Assembly: GCA_963833135.1 (NCBI GenBank)
Contig: CAWHWW010000021.1
Location: 96,907-160,906 of the forward strand
Length of the DNA: 64,000 nucleotides
Direction of reading: 5' to 3'
Origin: an uncultured cyanobacterium
GTDB lineage: Bacteria; Acidobacteriota; Vicinamibacteria; Vicinamibacterales; UBA2999
Numbering within the stretch: position 1 is the stretch's first letter; every line of letters starts with the position of its first letter. Under the pieces are notes generated by a model, which worked only from the letters and a program-made list of their open reading frames with translations, searched no databases and was not told the origin of the DNA. The position numbers and the translations under genes are program-made. This document shows positions 40,352 through 51,110 of the stretch, one piece after another.

Positions 40352-41073
40352 TCTCGCGCATGTCGTCGACGGCCATGTTGCCGCGCCCGATGTCGACGAG
40401 GGTTCCGGCGATCGTGCGCACCATGTGACGCAGGAACCCGCTGCCGCTCATCTCGAAGCGGAAAGACCGGCCGCCGGCGTCGACCCGCGTATCGAGCGGC
40501 GACAACGAGATCGGCTGATCGGTGTGGATGTTCGTCTCGACGAGCGCCGCGGACCACATCCGCCTGACGGTCGTCAGGACGTCGCTGCCGCGCCCCTTGA
40601 AGGCGACGAAATCATGCTCACCGATGAGGGCCTCGGCGGCGCGAGCCATCCGATCGGCATCGAGCGGCCTGCGGCACATGCCAAACGACGTGGCGCAGGA
40701 ACGGGCTTGGCGGCGTGCCGTTCCAAATCGCATAGCGGTAGGTCTTGCCTGTCGCAAAGATGCGCGCGTCCCATCGGCCGGGCATCTCCTCGATCGATCG
40801 GATGCGGATGTCGCCGGCCTTCAATCGCGCGTTGAGGGCGCGCAGCAACTCGTCGGCGGAAATTGGATGATCGATCGTGATGCTGGCCACTTGGGCCGCG
40901 GCGTGCACACCCGCGTCGGTGCGCCCGGCGGCGTTCAGCGCATTGTGGGCGCCGACGATCGCATCGATCTCCTCTTCGAGGACCTGCTGGATGCCAAGTG
41001 CGTTTGCCTGACGCTGCCACCCGGCGTAGTTGGTGCCGTCGTAGGCGATCGTCAGCTTGAGCGTGCGCGGCAT
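40272..41073 (-). CDS. truA: tRNA pseudouridine(38-40) synthase (frameshifted once)
   Basis: ORF 40618..41073 ('LTIAYDGTNYAGWQRQ..AGRTDAGVHA') joins ORF 40272..40757 ('LIGEHDFVAF..GFLRHMVRTIAGTL'). Confidence 0.9.
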
Positions 41074-41080
41074 CGACGTT

Positions 41081-41130
41081 CAGAACCTCAGAACCTCAAG
41101 ACCCCAGGACCTCAAGCCCTCAAGACCTCA
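41081..41130. repeat. word-repeat array (CAGAACCTCAAG variants)
   Basis: 'cagaacctcagaacctcaagaccccaggacctcaagccctcaagacctca', between the truA start and the pyrE stop. Confidence 0.85.
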
Positions 41131-41711
41131 GGGCTTCGCCGCCGTGCGCGAGCCGGGTTTGACGACTGGAATACCCTGCTGACACAGAGGACATGCGTCT
41201 GGCTGGTACGTCGTCACGTCCATGGGCAAGAGAGCGTGAAATGGCACGTCAAGCCCCTGCTTGCCGCCGCTGCGATCGACGATCGCGCACGCGCCGACGA
41301 CGATCGCGCCGGCGGCGCGCGCCACGTCCATCGTCTCGCGCGTCGATCCGCCGGTCGTGACCACGTCCTCGACGACGATCACTTTCTCGCCGGGATCGAG
41401 CGCGAAACCGCGCCGCAGCGTGAGCGCGCCGTCCTGGCGCTCCGCGAAGATCGCGCGCACACCGAGCGCGCGTCCGACTTCCTGGCCGATCACGATGCCG
41501 CCCATCGCCGGCGACAGCACGGTCTGCGGCGCCAAGGGGCCGCACGACGTCTGCCAAGCGCCGCGCCGAGCGCTTCTGCCTCGCGCGGGTGCTGAAGCAC
41601 CAACGCACACTGGAGATAGCCCGGGCTATGCAGTCCTGACGACAATCGAAAATGGCCCTCGAGCAGGGCGCCCGACCTGTGAAATGCGCTCAAAACCTCA
41701 TCTTTGGTCAT
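41128..41711 (-). CDS. pyrE: orotate phosphoribosyltransferase (frameshifted)
   Basis: ORF 41490..41798, from the internal ATG at 41711 ('MTKDEVLSAFHRSGALLEGHFRLSSGLHS'), joins ORF 41128..41610 ('KVIVVEDVVTTGGST'). Confidence 0.9.
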
Positions 41712-41933
41712 CGAATCGTAAGTATATCGGTCGGAAAACCTGCCGTGCCGGAGCAGCCAGCCACGCCGAAGCAACTCCAAGGCGGGCGTTTCAAACAAAC
41801 AGGCGCGAAAGCGGGCGAACCTGCCGAAGCTCCATCCCGTCTATCATGGTGGGCTGATGTCTCGGCCCGCGGCACCGCTTTTGCTGTTGCCCCGGTCTAA
41901 CATCCGAGATTTTCCTCTTCATGGAGTGGCAGT

Positions 41934-43527
41934 GTGATGCGTTTTGACCAGCGTTTTTGTGCCCGAACGGCGGTAACCGCCAGCCTGCTTGCCGCCGCGG
42001 TGTCCGTTTTTGGGCTGTCCCCTGTTCACGCGCAGACAACGCCGGCGGTGCCCGCGGCGGCCCAGCCCGCCGTCGTGCGCATGAACGCCGACGATGCGGT
42101 GGCCACCGCGCTCGAGCAGAACCTGGATCTGCAGGTGCAGCGCATCAACCCGCAGATCCGCGATCTGGACACGGCCGTGTTCAAGGCGAACTACACGCCG
42201 AACTTCACGACGAACATCGACTTCGTGGATCAGACACAGCCGCCATCAAGCTTGCTGTCCGGCAACACCAGCCAGATCACCAACGGCCGCAACGCCTACA
42301 ACTTCGGGATCCAGCAGGTGACGCCGTGGTACGGCGGGCAGTATCAGGTGCTGTTCAACAACGGCCGCACCACGACGAACAACATTTTCACGAGCTTCGA
42401 TCCGCAGCTGACGTCGAACATCAGCGCCACCTACACGCAGCCGCTGCTGCGCAACTTCAAGATCGACGGCACGCGCCAGCAGCTGCTGGTCAGCCAGAAG
42501 AACCTGGAGATCTCGCAGACGCAGCTGAAGCAGTCGATCACGCAGACGACCCGCACCGTCCGCAACGCGTTCTACGACCTGCAGTATGCGATCGGCAACC
42601 TCAACGTGCAGCGGCAGTCGCTGGAACTGTCGCAGCAGTCGCTCAAGGACAATCGCGCCCGCGTCGAGATCGGCACCATGGCGCCGCTCGACATCGTCCA
42701 GGCCGAGGCCGAAGTGGCGACGCGCGAGGAAGCGGTGATCGTCGCCGAGGCGGCGATCGAGCGGCAGCAGGATCTGCTCCGCGCGCTGATTTTCGGGCCC
42801 AAGGCGCCCGAAATGTGGAACACGCGCATCGAGCCGAGCGAAACGCTACGTGTTTGCGCCGACGCCGGTCGATACCGATGCCGCGGTGAGGAACGCGCTC
42901 AGCCAGCGCACCGACCTCGAGGCGGCACGCAAGAACCTCGAGTCGAACGACATCTCGATCAAGTACTTCAACAACCAGTCGCTGCCGGACCTGAACGCGT
43001 CGATTAATTACGCCCCCCAGGCGATCGGCGGCGTCGGATTCCTGCGCGGTGAAGGGTTCCCGGGCCCGATCATCGGCACGGCGGAGCGCAGCTACTGGAC
43101 GACGCTGGGCCAGGTGTTTGGCGGCGACTTCCCGGCGTGGACGTTCTCGATCGACCTGACCTATCCGCTCGGCCAGTCGACGAACGAGGCCAACCTCGCG
43201 CGCGCCAAGCTGCAGCACATGCAGCAGGAGCGCCAGATCTCGAGCCTCGAGCTGACCGTCGCCACCCAGGTGCGCGATGCCGCGCGCAACGTGACGACCA
43301 ACGCCAAGCGCGTCGAGGCGACGCGCTCGTCGCGCATCCTCGCCGAGCGCCGCCTCGAAGCGGAAGAGAAGAAGTACCAGGCCGGCATGACGCAGAACTT
43401 CTTCGTGCTGCAGGCGCAGCGCGACCTCAACATCGCGCGCAACAACGAGCTGCTCGCGCTCGTCGAGTACGCGAAGTCGGTCGTGAACTACTCGGCGGTC
43501 CAGCAGGTGCCGCTCGTCGGTCAATAG
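41934..43527 (+). CDS. TolC-family outer-membrane efflux protein (frameshifted once)
   Basis: ORF 41934..43007 (signal peptide plus first repeat) joins ORF 42850..43527 (second repeat). The two halves have parallel coiled-coil/barrel sequence. Confidence 0.85.
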
Positions 43528-43558
43528 GCACCTTAGCCTAGGCACCTAGGCACGCTAG
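43525..43558. repeat. word-repeat array (TAGGCACC)
   Basis: 'taggcaccttagcctaggcacctaggcacgctag', starting at the TolC stop codon. Confidence 0.85.
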
Positions 43559-43563
43559 ACTGG

Positions 43564-44364
43564 TGGCCGTGCCGGTCACGGCCACCGTCATCACCTTCAA
43601 CGAAGCGGCGAACATCGAGGCCGCTCTCGCAGTCCCTCTCCTGGGCCGACGAGATCATCGTCGTCGACAGCGAAAGCACCGATCGCACGACTGAGATTGC
43701 ACGGAAGTTCACCGACAAGGTGATCGTGCGGCCGTGGCCCGGCTACATCGCGCAGAAGAATTTCGCCGCCGAGCAGGCCAGCCACGACTGGATCTTCTCG
43801 CTCGATGCCGACGAGCGCGTGACGCCGGAGCTGGCCGCGGAGATCAGGACGCTCGTTGCCAACGGGCCGCGCGCCGCGGGCTATCGGGTGCCGCGCGTGA
43901 CCTTTCATCTCGGGCGCTGGATGCGATCGACCGACTGGTATCCGGACTACCAGCTGCGCTTGTACGATCGCCGACGCGCGCGCTGGACCGGCAAGTACGT
44001 GCACGAGTCGGTGAAGGCGGACGGCGCCGTCGACGATCTGCGATCCGAGCTGCAGCACTTCGCATATCGCGATCTCGCGCATCACCTCCAGACGATGGAT
44101 CGCTACACGACGCTGGCGGCGAGGCAGATGTTCGAGGAAGGGCGCCGGGCCGGATTTGTCGACCTGTTGATCCATCCGCCGGCGGCGTTTTTCCGCAATT
44201 ACGTGCTGCGCGGCGGGTTCCGCGACGGCGTGCCGGGGCTGATCGTCTCGGCGATGAACGCCCGCTATGTCGGGCTGAAGTTTGCGAAACTCTGGGAGCT
44301 GTGTTCGCCCTCCACATCGACACCGCGCGCACCTGGCGCGGGGGACAGCAACAGGTCCTCTTAA
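43564..44364 (+). CDS. family 2 glycosyltransferase (frameshifted once near 43630)
   Basis: Hand-read 'VAVPVTATVITFNEAANIEAALASLSWADEIIVVDSESTDRT' joins ORF 43720..44364 ('WIFSLDADERVTPEL'). Confidence 0.8.
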   Translation, partial: WPCRSRPPSSPSTKRRTSRPLSQSLSWADEIIVVDSESTDRTTEIARKFTDKVIVRPWPGYIAQKNFAAEQASHDWIFSLDADERVTPELAAEIRTLVANGPRAAGYRVPRVTFHLGRWMRSTDWYPDYQLRLYDRRRARWTGKYVHESVKADGAVDDLRSELQHFAYRDLAHHLQTMDRYTTLAARQMFEEGRRAGFVDLLIHPPAAFFRNYVLRGGFRDGVPGLIVSAMNARYVGLKFAKLWELCSPSTSTPRAPGAGDSNRSS

Positions 44365-45393
44365 CCGTTCTCGGCCTGCGGGCGCGCGGCCATCGCGCCG
44401 TGCTCGTCGCGCATCGCGAAGGCGAATTGTTCCGGCGCGCCTCCGAGGGGCCGGACCTGGTGCCGCTCGCCCCGATGAACGAGATCGATCTCGCCGCCGC
44501 GTGGAAGCTCTCGAAGATCATCAAGCAGTCGAAGCCGGCCATCGTTCACGCGCACGACCCGCACGCCGTGTCGATGGCGGCGCTGGCGCTGTCGTTCAGC
44601 GCGCCCGACCCGCGGCCGAAACTGATCGCGTCGCGACGCGTCGACTTCCATCTGCAGTCGCATGCCTTCTCGCAGTGGAAGCACCGGCAGATGGACGGGT
44701 TCATCGCCGCCTCGCACGCGATCAAGGACATCCTCGTGTCCGACGGCATCCCGGCCGCGCGCATCGAGGTCGTGCATGACGGCATCGATGTGGAAAAGAT
44801 CCGGCATCGGCCGGTGATCGACCTGCACACGGAATACTGGCTGCCCCACGGCGTGCCGGTCATCGTGAATGTCGGCGCGCTGGTCGGCCATAAGGGCCAG
44901 AAGTACTTGATCGATGCGATGCCGCTGGTGCTGCGCGAGGTGCCCGACGCGCACTTGATCATCTTCGGTGAAGGCGAACTGCGCGCGCCGCTCGAGAAGC
45001 AGGTCAAGCAGCTGTCGCTCGCCAAGCGCGTGCTGCTGCCGGGGTTTCGGGAAGATGTGATGTCGCTGATGAAGTCCGCGGATCTGTTCGTGATGAGCTC
45101 GGTGACCGAGGGCCTCGGATCCGCCGTGCTCGACGCGATGGCGATGGGCCACGCGGTGGTCGGCACGACGGCGGGCGGCATTCCTGAGGCGGTCGTCCAC
45201 GAGGAAACGGGGGTGCTGGTCGAGCCCGCGGATGCGAAGGCGCTCGCCGCCGCGATCGTGCGGTTGCTCAAGGACGGCGAGCTGCGGAAACAGTTCGGCG
45301 AGGCCGGCCGCGCGCGGGTCGACCGAGCACTTCGGCGTCGATCGACTGGTTGAGGGAACGCTCGAGGCTTATCGGAAGATCGCCTCGCGCTGA
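44301..45393 (+). CDS. family 4 (GT-B) glycosyltransferase (frameshifted near 45320)
   Basis: GTG at 44301, in the frame of ORF 43734..45353 ('MFALHIDTARTWRGGQQQVL..SSVTEGLGSAVLDAMAMGHAVVGTTAGGIPE'). The tail '..EHFGVDRLVEGTLEAYRKIASR*', read by hand, ends at 45393. Confidence 0.8.
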
Positions 45394-45399
45394 TCTTCT

Positions 45400-45600
45400 T
45401 CATCCACGGATTTCACGGATTTCACGGATAACGGCGCGGACGGTTGCTCGCGCGTCGCTCGCGACGCGTCAGCAACGAATACGGAAACGAGTCGTGTCTG
45501 GTGCGGACTCGTTCCGCGACTCGCTGCTGACGTGCGGCCGGCCGAAGGCCGGCCAGCGAGCAACCGGTGAATCCGTGAATCGGTGTAATCCGTGGATGAC
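45400..45600. mobile_element. MITE-like structured element, copy 2 (TIRs TCATCCACGGATT..; ~130-nt multi-hairpin core)
   Basis: The left end 'tcatccacggatttcacggatttcacgg' matches the reverse complement of the right end 'tcatccacggattacaccgattcacgg'. The core has an outer stem ggttgctcgc/gcgagcaacc and hairpins cggaaacgagtc..gactcgttccg and ggccggcc-gaa-ggccggcc. Confidence 0.55.
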
Positions 45601-45604
45601 TCGA

Positions 45605-46269
45605 TCAGGCGGGCCGCTGCGTCGCCAGCCAGTCGGCGAAGTCCGCGTGGCCCTTCTCGCGCGCGAGATCGATCGCGCTTCTTGCCGTCGTCGTTCGGCA
45701 GCGACGGATCAGCGCCATGCGCGATGCAGCAACTCGGCGAGCGCGCGATTCGCTTTCGTCGCCGGCTTCATGAATCGGCCCGGAAGCCTGCCTGCTGCTG
45801 CGCGTTCGGATCGGCGCCCGCTTCGAGCACAGCTTTCACGATTTCGAGTTTTCCGCCGGCGACGGCGGCGTGCAGCGCCGCGACCTTCAGCGCGTTCTTT
45901 GCGGCAGCGTTCACATCGGCGCCAGCCGCGATCAACGCCTTGACGGCGGCGGGCTGACCGAAGAATGCCGCGAGGGCGACGGGCGTGAATCCGTCGGGCG
46001 CGTGCTCAGAGACACGCGCGGGGCTGCTCTTCAGGATCTCCTCGATGCGATCGACCTTGCCGAGCACGCTGGCTTCGAAGATGTCGACCGGCGCGCCGAG
46101 CTCGACGAGCGCGTTCACCACATCCGGCTTCATGTTGTAGGCGGCCGACGAGGATCGCCGAGGCGCCGCTCGCATCGCGCGCCTGTTTCAGCGACGGGTT
46201 CTGTTGAACCAGCTGTCTGACCTCCTCGACACGGCCGGCTTTGATCGCATCGAATAGCTGCTGTTCCAT
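45605..46269 (-). CDS. ankyrin-repeat protein (frameshifted)
   Basis: ORF 46006..46269 ('MEQQLFDAIKAGRVEEVRQLV') joins ORF 45768..46175 ('GFTPVALAAFFGQPAAVKALIAAGADVNA..ALHAAVAGGKLEIVKAVLEAGADPN'). The hand-read tail is '..WLATQRPA*'. Confidence 0.8.
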
Positions 46270-46272
46270 GCG

Positions 46273-47265
46273 TCACCTCGCTCGATCGAACGCCAGCACG
46301 GCATCGAGGATCGTCTCGGCCACGTCGACGAAGAAGCCGCGGTTGATCTTGTCGGCGGTGTCGGTGGGCTTGTGGTAATCGGCGTGATCTTCGACGCCGA
46401 AATACACGAACGGAATCTTCGCGGCATGGAACGGGCCATGGTCCGACTGGTTGGTCCAGTCGGCGACGCCGCCGGCGACTGCCACCGGCTTGTCGTGCCC
46501 AAACAGCACCGTGATCGGCGCGCGCCTGGCGACCTCCTCGAGCGGCGCTTTCAAATCCGGAGAGTGATACGTGCCGGCGATGAAAATCTCCCGCTTGTCG
46601 CTGCGGCTCACCATGTCGAGGTTCACGTTGAGCGCGATGCGATCCTGCGGCACCGGCGGCTTGACGAGAAACGCCTTCGCGCCCTGCAGCCCGCGCTCCT
46701 CGGCATCGAACGCCGCAAACAGGATCGTGTGGCGAAACGGCGTCTTCTGACAGAACGCGGCCAGCTCGAGGACGACAGCGACGCCCGACGCATCGTCATC
46801 GGCACCGGGATAGATCTGGCCGTCGCGAATGCCGAGATGATCGTAATGCGCGGACACGACGAAGTACGGCAGCTTCGGGTCGGTGCCGAGACAGAGTCCA
46901 AGCACGTTCGCGCCTTCACCGTCCTGCCGCCCGTTCATCGTCATGCGCGTGTAGGTGAACGGATGCACGTAAGCGCCGGACACCGGCTGCAGGCCGATGG
47001 TCTTGAACTGATCGACGATCCAGGCGCGCGCCGCAAGCCCGCCGGGCGAGCCGGCCGCGCGACCCTCGAACTTCGGATCGGCGAGCGTGGTCACCGCGCT
47101 CATCAACCGCTCGCTGTCGATCCGCAGCCTGGACTGCTGCGACTGCGACACCGGGCGCGACTCGCGCTGCTGCTCGATGCGCCGCGCTTCGAAGCGGCCC
47201 GCGACCTGGAACCAGATGAAGCCGGTGGCGACGATGCTGAGCCCGATGATCCTGCGTGTCTTCAT
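46273..47265 (-). CDS. M28-family aminopeptidase
   Basis: Intact ORF: 'VVSAHYDHLG..GADDDASGVAVVLELA..FAAFDAEERGLQGAKAF'. Confidence 0.85.
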   Translation of the reverse strand: MKTRRIIGLSIVATGFIWFQVAGRFEARRIEQQRESRPVSQSQQSRLRIDSERLMSAVTTLADPKFEGRAAGSPGGLAARAWIVDQFKTIGLQPVSGAYVHPFTYTRMTMNGRQDGEGANVLGLCLGTDPKLPYFVVSAHYDHLGIRDGQIYPGADDDASGVAVVLELAAFCQKTPFRHTILFAAFDAEERGLQGAKAFLVKPPVPQDRIALNVNLDMVSRSDKREIFIAGTYHSPDLKAPLEEVARRAPITVLFGHDKPVAVAGGVADWTNQSDHGPFHAAKIPFVYFGVEDHADYHKPTDTADKINRGFFVDVAETILDAVLAFDRAR

Positions 47266-47268
47266 ATG

Positions 47269-47779
47269 TTAGAGAGCCGTGACCATCACCCGATCGGTCT
47301 GCGGATCGGTGCCGAACAAGAATATGTGTTCCCCGGCATCGGCGAAACCACATTTCGCATAGAAGGCGCGGGCGCGATCGTTTCGTTCCCAGACACCCAG
47401 CCACAGCGTTTTCGCGCCGCGCTCCCGGGCCGCGATCTTGACGCGCTCCATCAGCGCCGCGGCAACGCCGCGACCGTGCCACGCGCGGTCAACGTAAAAA
47501 CGCCACAACTCGATCGGGGTCGGGACCGGTCACGCATTCGGGAACGTGATCCGTGCGCAGCATGCGCGTAGGCGATCGCCGCTCCGGCCTCTTCGACCAG
47601 CAGCGTCGTGATGTCACGATCGTTCAGCTCGCGCGTTTGTTGTCGATGCTGTATGCGCCGGCGAGGTAGAGCGCCATGTCGGCGGCGTCGTTGGTCGCGG
47701 CGAAGGTGTCGTAGAAGGTTCGGCGCGCCAGTTCCGAGACGATGGCGGCATCGGCGCCCGTTGCCAGGCGAATGTTCAC
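47269..47779 (-). CDS. GNAT-family N-acetyltransferase (frameshifted)
   Basis: Hand-read N-terminus 'VNIRLATGADAAIVSELARRTFYDTFA' joins '..LLVEEAGAAIAYA' (ORF 47451..47813) and ORF 47269..47508 ('RFYVDRAWHGRGVAAALMERV..AFYAKCGF'). Confidence 0.8.
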
Positions 47780-47880
47780 CGGGTGATCGTAACCCTCGAT
47801 CGTTCAGGCGCATGGAACCTCGGGAACTTTCGGTCCGTAAGGGTATCTAAGTCCACACGCCTGCCTTCGAAGGGAATGCC

Positions 47881-50367
47881 ATGGGTCTTTGGGAAGATGT
47901 TCGATTCGCTGCTCGCCTGCTTCTGAAAGACAAGTGGTTCACGCTGGTCGCCGCGGTCGCGCTGGCGCTCGGCATCGGCGTCAACGCCACGGTGTTCACG
48001 TTCGTGAACGCGGTGCTGATCCGCGGCCTGCCGATCGCCGATCCGGATCGCGACGATGGCGATCGGCTCGTTCGATCGCGTGCGCACCCGCACGCATGGG
48101 CGTCTCGTACCTCGACTATCGCGGACTGGACGCGAGGCGACCCGGACGTTCGACGCCACTCGGCGCCTACACCGGCACGATCGCCGAACGTCAGCGACGA
48201 AGGCCAGCCGCCCGAGCGCTTCAACGGCATCGCCATCTCCGCCAACGGCGTTCAGCATCCTCGGCATGCGCGCCGGTGCTCGGCCGCGACTTCGTGCCGG
48301 ACGACGATCGGCCCGGCGCGCCGCCGGTCGTGCTGATCGGCCACGGCATGTGGCAGAACCGCTACGGCAGCGAACCCGTCGCGTCGATCGGCCGCACCGT
48401 CCGCATCAACGACGTGCCGGCCGTCGATCATCGGCGTGATGCCGGAGGGCTTCAAGTTCCCGCAGAACGCCGACCTCTGGCAGCCGCTCGCTGCACGATC
48501 GCCGAATCTCGAGACGCAGAAGCGCAATCACGCGGCCGCTGCAGGTGTTCGGCCACCTCGCGCCCGGCGTGACGCGCGAGCAGGCGCAGGGCGAGCTGAT
48601 CAGCATCCGCCAGCAGCTCGAACCGCAGAATCCCGACACCAACAAGGACATCCAGGCGCACGGTCCAGACGTTCAACGAACAGCATGAACGGCGGCCCGA
48701 TCCGCGACGGTGTTCCTGTCGCTGATGGGCGCGGTGGCGTTCGTGCTGCTGATCGCGTGCGCGAACGTCGCCAACCTGCTGCTGTCGCGCGCCGACCAAT
48801 CGCGCGCGCGAGATTTCCGTGCGCGTCTCGCTCGGCGCGTCGCGCTGGCGCGTGGTCCGGCAGCTGCTGATCGAAAGCGTGCTGCTCGCGGTCATCAGCG
48901 GCCTCGCCGGCCTCGGCATCGCCGCGATCGGCATCCGCCTGTTCGATCGCGCCACGCAGGATGTCGGCCGGCCGTACTGGATCCAGTTCACGATGGACGG
49001 CAACGTCTTCGCCTTCTTCGCCGCCGATCTGCCTCGGCACCGGCATCATCTTCGGCCTCGCGCCGGCGCTGCACGTGTCGAAGACCGACGTCAACGAAAT
49101 CCTGAAGGAAGGCGGCCGCAGCGGCTCGGCCGGCGTGCGCGCGCGCCGCTGGACCGGCGCGCTGATGGTCGCCGAGCTGACGCTCACCGTCGTGCTGCTC
49201 GCCGGCGCCGGCTTCATGATGCGCAACTTCCTGACGATGTATCGCCTCGATCTCGGCATCGACACGTCGCAAGCTGCTGACGATGGCGCTGGCGCTGCCG
49301 GAGCGGAAGTATCCAGCCGTCGAACAGCGGCTCGCGTTCTACGAGCGGCTCGAGGAGCGGCTGCAGGCCAACCCGCAGCATCGAGAGCGTCACCATCACC
49401 AGCAACGCGCCGATGCAGGGCGGCTTCCTGCGCCAGCTCGCCATCGACGGCAAGCCGCTCGACCAGGGCCAGCAGGCGCCGAACGTGACGATGCTGACGG
49501 TCGATCCGCGTTACTTCAAGACGATCGGCCTGCCGCTGCAGCGCGGCCGCGACCTGACCGACGAAGACGGCATGACCGGCCGCGAGAGCGCGATCATCAA
49601 CCAGCGCTTCGCGGCGCTGCACTTTCCCGAACGAGGATCCGATCGGCCGCCGCATCACGCTCAGCATCGACCTGCAGGGCGGCGCGCCGCCGGCAGGGCG
49701 GCATCCCGGTCTCGCTGACCGCCACCATCGTCGGCATCGTGCCGAACCTCCGGCAGCGTGATTTCCAGCTGCCGGATCCGGATCCGATCGCCTACCTGCC
49801 GTTCCGCACCGATCCGCGCGGCTTCATGAACCTGCTGGTGCGCAGCTCCGGCGATCCGAACGCGATGACGCCGATCCTGCGCGAGGAAGTGCGCGCGATC
49901 GATCCCGACCTGCCGCTCTTCGGCATCCGCACGATGGACGCGGCGCTGGCACAGGCGCGATGGCCGTTCCGCATCTTCGGGACGATGTTCGCGATCTTCG
50001 CGTTCATCGCGCTGGCGCTGTCGGCGGTCGGCCTCTACGCCGTGACGGCCTATGCGGTGTCGCAGCGCACGCAGGAGATCGGCGTGCGCATGGCGCTCGG
50101 CGCGCAGGGCAACGAGGTGGCGTGGCTGTTCCTGCGGCGGTCGTTCGTGCAGCTCGGCGATCGGCCTGACGCTCGGCGTCGCCGGCGCGTTCGGCGTCGG
50201 CACGTTGTTCTCGCAGACGCAGTTGCTGGTCCAGAACCGCGCGGGCGATCCGATCACGATCGGCGGCATCGCGCTGCTGCTTGCTGATCGTCGCCAGCAT
50301 CGCGTGCTTCCTGCCGGCGCGCCGCGCGACGCGGCTCGATCCGCTGATCGCGCTTCGGCGCGACTAG
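47881..50367 (+). CDS. ADOP-type duplicated FtsX-like ABC permease (heavily frameshifted)
   Basis: N-terminus '[51 protein letters not shown]'. Colinear pieces lie in ORFs 47881.., 47889.., 48710.., 48819.., 48961.., 49283.. and 49413... The hand-read tail '..[18 protein letters not shown]' ends at 50367. Confidence 0.85.
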
Positions 50368-50383
50368 GGCCGCAGACGTCAAT

Positions 50384-50414
50384 CCCAGGGCCACAGAAGG
50401 CACAGATTACATAG
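50384..50414. repeat. word element (GGCCACAGAAGGCACAG..), left bracket of the qhp operon
   Basis: The reverse complement of 50387-50401 is 'gccttctgtggccct', identical to 57658-57672. Confidence 0.9.
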
Positions 50415-50423
50415 ATGCTCTCC

Positions 50424-51110
50424 CTAGGAAGAGCGCTCGAACGCTCGCGCGACGGCCGCGACGGGATCGCCCGTCGGGTCGTCCGCGATGATCCTCGCCA
50501 CGGTCCCGGTCACGTTCGCGACCGCAAAGCTCAGTCCCTTCAGATTCCTCTCGGGCGGCACGCCCGGAATCGGCCGCGGGAAACCGGAGGCGCGGAACGA
50601 TGCGCCATTGCGATCCAGGCGATCCAGCCGGCAGCGTGTCGCGCGGCACCGACCAGTCGAGCGACACCGACCACACGCCGGCGAGCGATCCCGGCAGCCA
50701 GCGAACACCGGCCTGCTCGCCCGCCGCGATCACGATCGCGCCGCTGTCGCGAAGGCGCTCGACGACGTCGGTCAGCGCGGGTTCGTGATCGGCATTCTGC
50801 GTACCGAGGCTGAGGTTGACGATCTGCGCGTCGAGCGGTCAGCGCGTACTCACAGGCAGCCACCAGCGCCGTGCCGGTCGCGGCCAGCTCGCGATCGAAC
50901 ACCTTGATCGCGAAGATCTCCGCGTCGGGCGCCTTCTCGCGAATGGCCGCAGTCACCGCCGTGCCGTGACCGAGACGATCGACGTAATCGTCGTGCGGCG
51001 ACGCCGTGCTCGTCGATGCCGATGCCGCCGGCGACGCCGCCGACATGCGGATGGGTCGCGTGCACGCCGCTGTCGATCACGGCGACGCGAACCGGGCGAG
51101 GCGATGTCAT
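50424..51110 (-). CDS. qhpE: subtilisin-like serine protease QhpE (frameshifted)
   Basis: 'VAVIDSGVH' (Asp) in ORF 50850..51110, '[10 protein letters not shown]' (His) in ORF 50540..51046, and '[12 protein letters not shown]' (Ser) in ORF 50424..50708. The start ATG overlaps the qhpF stop (ATGA). Confidence 0.75.
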
